Origin: a candidate division FCPU426 bacterium
GTDB lineage: Bacteria; Oederibacteriota; Muellerivitia; Muellerivitales; Muellerivitaceae
Direction: 5' to 3'
NCBI GenBank assembly: GCA_963847625.1
Contig: CAWKAR010000025.1
Span: 64,001-128,000, forward strand
DNA: 64,000 nucleotides
Of the stretch, positions 19,651 to 27,651 are shown in pieces; the stretch's first letter is position 1; every line of letters starts with the position of its first letter. Position numbers and translations under genes: made by a program. The notes under the pieces are model-generated. The model saw only the letters and a list, made by a program, of their open reading frames with translations, ran no database searches and was not told where the DNA came from.

Positions 19651-20550
19651 TTAAAGTTTCTTGAATAAAAACCAGTGGTTTTTCCGGCTCCAATAAGTGG
19701 TATAAGCTTTTCCCTTAATCAATCTCTCATCCAATGTTCCAAAATATCGCGAATCCAAGCTATTATCACGGTTGTCCCTAAGCATGTAGTAATTTCCTGG
19801 ACCAACTGTAACCGGGCCAAAATTGTCCCTCTGGGTGTTAAGAGAATCGCCCCTTGGAATAATGAGTGGATCGACATGTTTCACATAAGGCTCGGTTTGT
19901 TTTTGCCCATTAATATAAAGGAACTTATTTTTCATTTCCAAAACATCCCCTGGTGTGCCTAAGCAACGCTTCATATAAATCTTACTTTGATCCGGGGGAT
20001 AAAGAAAAATCACAATATCTCCTTTTTTCGGTTTGTGAATCTGAAAAAACCTTGGGGTTTTATTGAAAAATGAGTGCCCATAGAAAAATTGGTTAGAAAT
20101 AAGAAAATCCCCTGGCATCAAAGTATCTTCCATGGAACCAGAAGGCATACTATATGGGCAAATAAAAAAACTCATGCCTATTCGGATAGGGAAAATGCTT
20201 AAAAAGGTTATGCCTATAAAACTAAGAAAAATGAAACAAGTATCTTTGAAACTTTGATTCAATCTTTTTTTTACAACGAACCATCCAACCGCAATGGGCA
20301 AAATAATACCAACGAACTGAAACCAAAATTCGTTTTTCCATCCAAGCCCAACGAGTAAAGAAGCTACCAATACTGCCGGTAACAATACGGCTAACTGTGA
20401 CAGCATGATAAATAATCCGGTTTTATAATATTCCATAAAAGAGAAACCAAGTTTTTTGCTAAAAGTCCGAAAGATGTATGCAAAAAGGGCAGGTGGAATT
20501 GTATAAACAAGCAAAAGTATGATTAAAAAATATCCAATTAATAAACCCAT
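19651..20550 (-). CDS. lepB: Signal peptidase I with an extended multi-TM N-terminus (GDN motif reads RDN)
   Basis: PSGSMEDTL (catalytic Ser), YMKRCLG (catalytic Lys), DNRDNSLDSRY. Confidence 0.88.
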   Translation of the reverse strand: MGLLIGYFLIILLLVYTIPPALFAYIFRTFSKKLGFSFMEYYKTGLFIMLSQLAVLLPAVLVASLLVGLGWKNEFWFQFVGIILPIAVGWFVVKKRLNQSFKDTCFIFLSFIGITFLSIFPIRIGMSFFICPYSMPSGSMEDTLMPGDFLISNQFFYGHSFFNKTPRFFQIHKPKKGDIVIFLYPPDQSKIYMKRCLGTPGDVLEMKNKFLYINGQKQTEPYVKHVDPLIIPRGDSLNTQRDNFGPVTVGPGNYYMLRDNRDNSLDSRYFGTLDERLIKGKAYTTYWSRKNHWFLFKKL

Positions 20551-20589
20551 TATTTAAATCCTCAAATTGGGTAGGTAAATCTTCTAGTT

Positions 20590-21309
20590 TTAACGCAAAG
20601 CAAACTCGGGCATTTGATCCCAAGTCCGGCCCTCTAATAACCGCCCATTCTTCTTTTTCCAAACACCGCCCCATTGCTTAAAGAAAAAAGGGACTTTGTC
20701 TTTTTTGCACTGCTTGCGAATATCAATGACCCATTCTTTTTCCATGGGCCGCGCCCCCGGGCCCGATTCACCCCCTACGATGGCCCAGTGAATGCCTTTC
20801 AGCTTCAAATTGGGGATAGGGCCCAATAAAGGTTCCAATGATAGGAATTTGATTTTGGCTTTTGATTTTCTTAATGAATCAATGCGGTAGGTAAATTTAT
20901 CGGATTCCACGCTAACACCCATCCAAATATTGGGCGTCCATTTCAGGTTCGGACTTAGTTTTTCCAGTCGGTCGGCCCTCTTCGTTAATACCTGGAATTG
21001 ATGCCAATGGGCTTGATTCATCACCTCGAAAATCTGCTTAACGAATTTCAACGGGATATCTTGGTGAAAAAGGTCGGACATTGAATTGACGAAGATGGTT
21101 CTCGGTTCTTTCCATGCGAGCGGTAATTTCAAGCGTTCGGGCCAGATTTTAAGGTCAAAACCCTGCTCATAGGGATGGTTCGGGGTTCCCCGCCATCTTT
21201 CCGCGAACCGTTCCGCGTAGCAATTCGCGCATCCGGCGCTCACCTTGTGGCACCCGGTTACCGGATTCCAGGTTGAATCGGTCCATTCGATTGTGGAGTT
21301 CTCAGCCAT
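20590..21309 (-). CDS. DUF5131 / phage Gp37Gp68 family three-Cys-motif protein
   Basis: STIEWTDSTWNPVTGCHKVSAGCANCYA, FVNSMSDLFH, IVGGESG and FFFKQWGG motifs. Confidence 0.93.
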   Translation of the reverse strand: MAENSTIEWTDSTWNPVTGCHKVSAGCANCYAERFAERWRGTPNHPYEQGFDLKIWPERLKLPLAWKEPRTIFVNSMSDLFHQDIPLKFVKQIFEVMNQAHWHQFQVLTKRADRLEKLSPNLKWTPNIWMGVSVESDKFTYRIDSLRKSKAKIKFLSLEPLLGPIPNLKLKGIHWAIVGGESGPGARPMEKEWVIDIRKQCKKDKVPFFFKQWGGVWKKKNGRLLEGRTWDQMPEFALR

Positions 21310-22135
21310 TAACCTTTTCCTTTATCTCTGTACTTATTAAATATTTCCTCAACAATTTTAGCCCCAACTGGTTTATGTGAGGCAAAAAACAAATAATAAA
21401 CTGTTGCTCCTTTAGAATTCCTCATTGGTAATGGTTCAGGGCATAAGAGAAACCTCCAACTTCTTTTAATCTTTTCCTGAACGCCTCAACAATAGCATCA
21501 TTAGCATCAGGCACTTTTTTCATCCAACCAAACAAGGTGCTTTGAGTTTCATATACTGCTTTTTTCCAAGAATCATTGCCCCAAAAAGCATCCATTCTTG
21601 CGGCTTGTGAAGGTTCTACCATTTCTGGATTTTTCCAAAGAACATTTTGATTCATATCCATTACTGGGAAATTAAGAAAGATCTCGATACTCTTCATTTG
21701 TCCAGCTTTATGAATCACATCCCATTTTAAATGAAGACCATAGGGGTCAAGTAGGCATAAGCCACGACGATAATCTTCGAAACGGATTTTAGGGAAAATT
21801 TCATTTAATAAAATTTCATTACAATTACCTTCAAATACTGAAACGTTAGTATTTTCTCGGGTTAATAGTTTCAGCAATTTGAATTTATCTTTATTTATGT
21901 CGATAAGATAAAGCTTTTTAAAAGGGGGTTCTATATTCAAGGCATTTAAAGGACTACCAGGTATAAACTTTCCGCTTTCTCTTGAGAGATGGACCCCTGC
22001 ACCCGCAAAAGCATCTAGATAGGCATGTTCTAGGTTTTTTTGGGAAGTTAATATCTTCGAATATGCCGCAGCGTAATCTTTAACAATATCGAGTTTGATT
22101 TCGGACCAATAATTAATCGTGTCAAAATTAAGCAT
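21309..22135 (-). pseudogene. tcmP: Three-Cys-motif partner protein TcmP (SAM-binding fold), frameshifted near 21440
   Basis: WSEIKL, YLDAFAGAG, GSPLNAL and LLDPYG motifs. The C-terminus PEPLPMRNSKGATVYYLFFASH...KGKG* continues in another frame to a TAA overlapping the DUF5131 ATG. Confidence 0.85.
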
Positions 22136-23190
22136 CCCGAGTTCCATAAGTAAGTGCAACACTTAGTGTCTGAAGAAGGCCGCATGAATAGGATATGCGG
22201 CTATGAAAAAGAAATACAAGCATTTAAGCGTTGAAGAAAGAGATCATTTATCCGTCTTGAAAGGAAAGGGTCTTAGCCTTCGAGCAATTTCACGCGCCTT
22301 GAAGAGGTCTCCTTCCACCCTCTCCAGGGAACTCAAGCGCAATGCTCCCCCTATCCGTTCTGGTTATTATCTTTCTCATCGAGCCCATCAACGGTATGTT
22401 GACCGCAACCAACAACGAGCACGCCGTTTACGCCTGAAAACAAAACGAATTCGTGCCTACGTCCGTCGTCAATTGAAACGAGGCTGGTCTCCAGAACTCA
22501 TTTCAGGTCGATTAGGTCACCTACGGCCTAAGCAAACCATTGGTCCTGAAGCTATCTATCAGTGGGTTTATGCTGAAGCCACTGAGCTGATTCCTTGCCT
22601 AGTTCGACACCACCGGCGACGATTCTCATTTGGCCATAGCCGTAAGCACGCCAAAAACCATATCCCAGGCCGTGTTTCCATCGATAAGCGCTCCGAGATC
22701 GCCAATCAACGCAAGCAATTCGGCCATTGGGAAACCGACACCATGGTCTCTCGTCAGAGTAAAGTGGCTATGCGGGCTCTCGTCGAGCGTCAAAGCCGTT
22801 TTTCCAAGTTGGGAAAGCTCAAACGAAAGACCGCTCGCCAAATGAGTCATAGCCTCAACCGCGCTTTATGCCGCTTCCCTCAAGACGCCCGCCTGAGTCT
22901 GACCTATGACAACGGAACCGAAAACACCAACCACTTGGAAACCAACCACGTGCTTGGTACAAAATCCTTTTTCTGCGCCCCTTTCCACAGTTGGGAAAAA
23001 GGTACGGTGGAAAATACTATCGGTCTTGTCCGCCGCCATTTGCCTAAAAAGACTGATCTTGCTAAAGTGTCCTTCAAAGAATTCAGGACCATAGAAAGAT
23101 GGCTCAATAACAGGCCCAGGAAATGTTTGGGCTTTAAAACTCCGGCGGAAGTCTTCCGGCGAAGTGTTGCACTTACTCCGTGAATTCGGC
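22136..23190 (+). mobile_element. IS30-family insertion sequence, copy 2 (1055 bp)
   Basis: Inverted near-identical copy of 9654-10708; one synonymous difference seen (10078/22766); flanks CAT and TAT are not a perfect duplication. Confidence 0.93.
22203..23183 (+). CDS. IS30-family transposase
   Basis: Protein identical to 9661..10641. Confidence 0.96.
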   Translation: MKKKYKHLSVEERDHLSVLKGKGLSLRAISRALKRSPSTLSRELKRNAPPIRSGYYLSHRAHQRYVDRNQQRARRLRLKTKRIRAYVRRQLKRGWSPELISGRLGHLRPKQTIGPEAIYQWVYAEATELIPCLVRHHRRRFSFGHSRKHAKNHIPGRVSIDKRSEIANQRKQFGHWETDTMVSRQSKVAMRALVERQSRFSKLGKLKRKTARQMSHSLNRALCRFPQDARLSLTYDNGTENTNHLETNHVLGTKSFFCAPFHSWEKGTVENTIGLVRRHLPKKTDLAKVSFKEFRTIERWLNNRPRKCLGFKTPAEVFRRSVALTP

Positions 23191-23216
23191 TATAAGAAAA
23201 AAGCTTAGAAACATTT

Positions 23217-23603
23217 TCAATTTTTTACCTCTTCTGGATTCTGTTTCGGGTTTTCCAATGATTTTTTAGATGGGCTTGCATCAGAATTAATAATAGAAAT
23301 AGGAGGTAATTTTCCCTTACTTTGAGCCGCTACTGCCAAAATATTCAACAATCTTTTATTATCACTATTTTGTAATTTATTTTCTCCCTTTGTTCGATCA
23401 TCTTCACATTTTTCCACAATAGCTATTGAGGTATTTATGAAGATTGCAACGGCAAAAAATACCCACCCAATTAGAGCAACACTTCCAAAAATATTTTTCC
23501 AAATAGTTTTTAACCTGTACTTTTGTCTGTTTTCAATTTTACCTGCCACAAAACTAAGAAATGGGGAAAGGAAAGATTTTATTATTACAATAAAATATCC
23601 CAT
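23217..23603 (-). CDS. Hypothetical membrane protein
   Basis: 128-aa ORF with a hydrophobic segment and a GGAG RBS; no family recognised. Confidence 0.5.
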   Translation of the reverse strand: MGYFIVIIKSFLSPFLSFVAGKIENRQKYRLKTIWKNIFGSVALIGWVFFAVAIFINTSIAIVEKCEDDRTKGENKLQNSDNKRLLNILAVAAQSKGKLPPISIINSDASPSKKSLENPKQNPEEVKN

Positions 23604-23747
23604 GTGAAAAACTCCAATGTGAATTTAAACCTTTCTCTGGTTTCTGTAACTATAAGCTTTATTTTGAACATAAATTACTAAATTTGATACTGGCCCACAC
23701 TGGTTAAAAGATAGAACTTTCTAAGTTTTATTTTAGACACCGCAAAA

Positions 23748-23910
23748 TTAACCAATTATATTTTCCATTTTAATTTCCTTGGCAACAATATCAACATGAT
23801 CACCTTCTATAAACTCTTTTTCTGAACAACATTTTTTAAACTTTCATGTGTGGGCATTCTTCCGAATCAATATTTTTACCGCAAATGTTACATTCCACAC
23901 GATCTATTAT
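23748..23910 (-). pseudogene. 3' remnant of a Cys-rich (zinc-finger-like) protein gene truncated by IS3
   Basis: Translates IIDRVECNICGKNIDSEECPHMK, then in a second frame KCCSEKEFIEGDHVDIV; begins exactly at the IS3 end. Confidence 0.45.
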
Positions 23911-23943
23911 TGACCTTCCCCCAATGTTTGATCCAAATTTAAG

Positions 23944-24774
23944 TTAGTTAAGGCCCAACTTTTCGGCCTTTGCTTCCATTGGGGTTTTTCCCCCCAAACT
24001 GCTGTGCGGTCTCTGCCAGTTATACACCTGCCTCCACCAATCCACGACTACCTGGGCCTCCGCTTTTGAAAGAAAAATTTCTTGGTTCAGGCACTCATCC
24101 CTAAACTTTCCGTTGAAACTTTCGATGAATCCATTCTGCCATGGACTCCCTGGTTCGATATATAGCACCTCTACGCCCTTCTCCTCAAGCCAGTTCCTCA
24201 GTTCTTTCGCCACGAACTCTGGCCCGTTGTCCACCCGCAGGCACTTTGGTGTCCCGTACTCCGTCATCAACTCGTCCAGCGTCTCCAGCACGTCCCGGCT
24301 TCTCATTCGCTTCTCCGCCCGGATCTCCAAGCATTCCCTAAATCCTTCATCCAACACCGTCAAAAACTTCACCTTTCCCCCGAACCATGTCAGGTCATGC
24401 ACGAAGTCCATCGTCCACACCTCGTTGGAACCCAAAGCCGGGTGGGGCCTTCTCCATTCCGTCGGAACCCTCTTCTTCCTGGGTCTCCTGCGCGGTAATT
24501 GAAGCCCTGCTACCTGGTAGAGCCTCTCCACCCGCTTGTGATTCACATCAAGGCCTCTGCGTTCCAACATCCACAACATCCGAGGGCTTCCGAAACGTCG
24601 GTTTCTTTGCGCTAACTTAACCATTTCCTGCAGGATCACCTGGTTCAACGGATCTTCTGGCTGGGCCTCATATCGAAAACTCGATCGATTTACCCCAAGA
24701 ACATCACAGGCTCGTCTTTCCGGTACTTCCTGAGCCTTCAGGGCTTCCACCATGCCTTTTTGCTCCTCGATCAA
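23944..24774 (-). CDS. IS3-family transposase OrfB (DDE integrase core)
   Basis: WTMDFVHD, VDNGPEF and PGSPWQNGFIESFNGKFRDECLN motifs. Confidence 0.95.
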   Translation of the reverse strand: MIEEQKGMVEALKAQEVPERRACDVLGVNRSSFRYEAQPEDPLNQVILQEMVKLAQRNRRFGSPRMLWMLERRGLDVNHKRVERLYQVAGLQLPRRRPRKKRVPTEWRRPHPALGSNEVWTMDFVHDLTWFGGKVKFLTVLDEGFRECLEIRAEKRMRSRDVLETLDELMTEYGTPKCLRVDNGPEFVAKELRNWLEEKGVEVLYIEPGSPWQNGFIESFNGKFRDECLNQEIFLSKAEAQVVVDWWRQVYNWQRPHSSLGGKTPMEAKAEKLGLN

Positions 24775-25040
24775 TACCCCTTTTTTTTTATGTGCTCTTG
24801 GAGAACCTGAATAGCCAGGGCCTGATCACCCGCTAACTGCTTGAGTTTCCGGTTTTCTTCTTCCAGCTGTTTGATGCGGTGGACTTCGGAAACTCCAAGG
24901 CTTCCGTACATGCGTTTCCAGCGGTAGTAAGTCTGCTCGGAAATGCCATGCTTTCGGAGAACTTCCTCAACGGCGGGAGCTTTCTCCGCCTCGCGGAGAA
25001 TAGCCACTATCTGCTCAGATAAAAACCGTTTCTTTGCCAT
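24771..25040 (-). CDS. IS3-family transposase OrfA; -1 frameshift site A9G4 at 24777-24789
   Basis: KKRFLSEQIVAILRE...HGISEQTYYRWK; A_AAA_AAG slippery site places OrfB in the -1 frame. Confidence 0.93.
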   Translation of the reverse strand: MAKKRFLSEQIVAILREAEKAPAVEEVLRKHGISEQTYYRWKRMYGSLGVSEVHRIKQLEEENRKLKQLAGDQALAIQVLQEHIKKKGY

Positions 25041-25106
25041 CTTTCCCCTCCCGATCTATAATCCAAAACTAACATATTTTTGGATCAGTTTTCGGGGGAA
25101 AGGTCA

Positions 25107-26144
25107 ACCTTAAACTCCCAAGGCCATAGAACGCGCAAAGGAAGAAAATGGGAAACCAACGCCATCCATTATATTTTGAGAAATGAAACTTATACTGGGG
25201 TTTTGATCTTTAATAGGGCTCATAAAAATTCAGTAAAACCCATAGAACGTCCTGAAAGCGAAACAATCCGCATTGAAAATGCCCACCCCGCCATTATTGA
25301 CAGAAAAACTTTTCTTTCTGCCCAGTTTTTCATAAAGCTAAGAAGTCCTAAGGTTGTTCACCCGCGAACTATCCATAGCGACTATATTCTAAGCAGTTTC
25401 CTTTTATGTGGAGAATGCGGTTCTCATATGGTTGGAACTACCGCCAAGGGTTCTAAATTTTTTTATTATTCCTGCCGGAATCACTTAAGAAGGGGTTCTC
25501 ATGGATGTGGGCAAAAATCTATCAACAAGGCCAAACTTGAAGAAATGGTTTTCACGCAACTTAGAAACCGCATTTTGACTGAAGAAAATATCTCAGAGTT
25601 AGTCAAACTGATTAATAAAGACCTTTCAGCTTATAAACGCGATTATTCAAATCTTTTGAAAGAAAATGATTCCCGAATTTTAAAAGCCAGGGAAAGCCTT
25701 CAAAAACTTTACTACGCCCTTGAAACTGGAAAGCTTGACCTTGATGACCTTGCCCCAAGAATCAAAGAATTGCGTTCTCAAATTTCCCAATTAGAGCAGG
25801 AAAAAACCAAGATCGAATCAGAGGCAAATGAGCCAACCTTGGAAATAAACGCCTCGGAAATCGGCCCTTACGTTGAAGATTTGCGGGGACTATTGGAGAA
25901 AGGCACCATTACAAAGCGGAAAGGTTTCTTAAAGTCTTTTATAAAGCAAATTGAATATAGCCACCAAAAAGGCGGCTCTATTGAATACACCATTCCTCTT
26001 GTGAAAAAACCTAATAACGAATTATCAAATATTGAAGTTCTGCCTATTAACCAAAATGGCGGGGTTGACGGGGCTAGAACACGCTTTCTCGCACCTGACA
26101 AACAAAATTTTCAGATGAACCAACTTCTTATTCCTGGGTTCTGA
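25107..26144 (+). pseudogene. Large serine recombinase, 5'-truncated (recombinase, zinc-ribbon and coiled-coil parts only)
   Basis: LNSQG...W...ILRNETYTG, HPAIID, LLCGECGSHM and YYSC motifs. The catalytic resolvase domain is absent, and the track start at 25080 lies inside the IS3 IR. Confidence 0.88.
26057..26080 (-). other. tRNA 3'-end-like att remnant (T-arm, acceptor strand, CCA)
   Basis: Minus strand reads GTTCTAGCCCCGTCAACCCCGCCA. Confidence 0.6.
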
Positions 26145-26152
26145 CTTGGTTT

Positions 26153-26205
26153 TTCTCTTCCGCACGCCAACGTTTGGAAACTTCCGCCTCGATGCCGGCA
26201 TGGTC
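26153..26205 (-). repeat. Direct repeat of the ubiX 3' end (copy A)
   Basis: 51/53 identical to 39112-39164; encodes DHAGIEAEVSKRWRAEE and continues KNQVRTQE to a stop at 26128. Confidence 0.92.
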
Positions 26206-26262
26206 ATTAACCAGGAAATGCCATTACACAGACCTCATAGGTGATCGGTACGTGGTGAATCA

Positions 26263-27651
26263 TTAGATGTTCCCAAGATCGATATCCACCCACGAGGGCG
26301 TCGGGGTGACCGTCGGCTGGGGCGAAGAAGCCTTTTGGGTTTCGGGGGATCCCCTCAAAAAGACCGCGAAATAACCCGCTTCCCCATTCGAGAAAGCCTC
26401 GGCGGGATAATTGGTCTGGATTCCGCTGTTCACCGCCTTGGAAATCCACGCAAGCGACGACCGGATGGCGTCGAGCCGGTAAAAGTTGGGGATCAAGTCG
26501 AAGGACCGCTTCACATAATCCTTGTAGGACTTAAATTGGTAAGGCCCGGCGGGATCCGCGAAGGAGGCCGCAATGGGGGCATGGATATCCAGTAGCATCA
26601 TATTCTTGATCCCCATTTCCCGGCTGAGGGCCGCCAGAACGGAGGGGGGCGTATACAGGGTCCAAATCACCCCAAAGCGGTGGTGTTTGTCGGTGAATAG
26701 GTAGGACCGGGCCACGTCGTCATAAAAGGAACAAAAAGCATTGGGATACTCGTCCGGGCCCGGCTTGCCGTTTTCCACCACCATGAAGCGGTTTTGAACG
26801 AAGGTTTTTATTTTTTTCTTATCCGGCAATTTTCGGTAGGTGCCCAGGGCCATGTGTCCGTCCTGGTACAAGGTGAAGGTGGCCATCTCGGGCTGGGGCG
26901 GAAGGAAGGTCCGGGAATCAAAACGGAACCCGGCATAACGCATTTGTTTTTCCGGCACGCCCCAATTGACCACGTTGTCGACGCGGTCGAAGATGCCGTT
27001 GAGGATGCCCAGGAGCCCGGTGGAGTCCTGGATCAAGGCGTAATCGGTTTTCCCCCCATTCCTTTCCTCCCGGGTCGCCATAGGAAGCCATTCCCCCATG
27101 TGGGTCCGGTCCCCGCCCTTGAACTGGATTTTCCCGGGGTAATAAAGGCACCGGGCCTGCGCCTGGTCGAAGGAAAGGTAAAAAACCATGGCCCTCTCCC
27201 GCATCAGGCCCCCATTGTCCAAAAGAAGCTTTTTTCCCCTGGGACCCAAGCCCTTAAAGCCCTTGACCCTCGCGAGAAACCGCTTGAAATACTTTTTGCC
27301 CCCCGCGTGATACTTGACCCGAAACCCGGCGTAAACGGCGGTCGCGGCGGGGCTGTTGGCCTTGAAATCCACGGCGCATGGGGCCGCGAGCGGGAACCCT
27401 CTCTTGTTCGCCCGGGCCTGCCGTGCCCAATCCACGTGAAGGATGAAGGGCCGCTCCCTCCTGGTCAAACGCCTGGGATGGGGAATGCGGATTTTGGAAA
27501 GTCCCTCGTAAAGCCACTCCCCGGCTTTCTTGTAAAAATAGCCCCGGAATTCCGAAACTTCTTTCGCGCTTGCTTTCCCGGCAAGGAATTGGATGAGGCA
27601 AAACACCAGTGTCAAAAGGGCAAAGATGAAAATGATTTTATTTTTTTTCAT
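26263..27651 (-). CDS. Exported protein with a phosphodiester glycosidase (NAGPA)-like C-terminal domain
   Basis: Signal peptide MKKNKIIFIFALL; ATFTLYQDG...QNRFMVVENG...ARS...MMLLDIH pattern resembles NAGPA-family proteins. Confidence 0.5.
   Translation of the reverse strand: MKKNKIIFIFALLTLVFCLIQFLAGKASAKEVSEFRGYFYKKAGEWLYEGLSKIRIPHPRRLTRRERPFILHVDWARQARANKRGFPLAAPCAVDFKANSPAATAVYAGFRVKYHAGGKKYFKRFLARVKGFKGLGPRGKKLLLDNGGLMRERAMVFYLSFDQAQARCLYYPGKIQFKGGDRTHMGEWLPMATREERNGGKTDYALIQDSTGLLGILNGIFDRVDNVVNWGVPEKQMRYAGFRFDSRTFLPPQPEMATFTLYQDGHMALGTYRKLPDKKKIKTFVQNRFMVVENGKPGPDEYPNAFCSFYDDVARSYLFTDKHHRFGVIWTLYTPPSVLAALSREMGIKNMMLLDIHAPIAASFADPAGPYQFKSYKDYVKRSFDLIPNFYRLDAIRSSLAWISKAVNSGIQTNYPAEAFSNGEAGYFAVFLRGSPETQKASSPQPTVTPTPSWVDIDLGNI

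Larger units (their letters stand above)
23911..25106 (-). mobile_element. IS3-family (IS407-like) insertion sequence
   Basis: TG...CA ends with IRs tgaccttcccccaatgtttgatccaaa / tgacctttcccccgaaaactgatccaaa; no target duplication (TTAT vs ACCT). Confidence 0.92.
19600..26144. mobile_element. Degenerate AT-rich genomic island with a large serine recombinase (left boundary approximate)
   Basis: Visibly AT-rich; interrupts the menaquinone operon; carries a recombinase remnant, two ISs, pseudogenes and a tRNA-like att remnant. Confidence 0.7.

Noticed and set aside
10709..22135. Composite transposon that delivered the mqn genes
   Set aside because: Copy 1 has its own target duplication and the enclosed genes belong to the host operon, so the insertions are independent.
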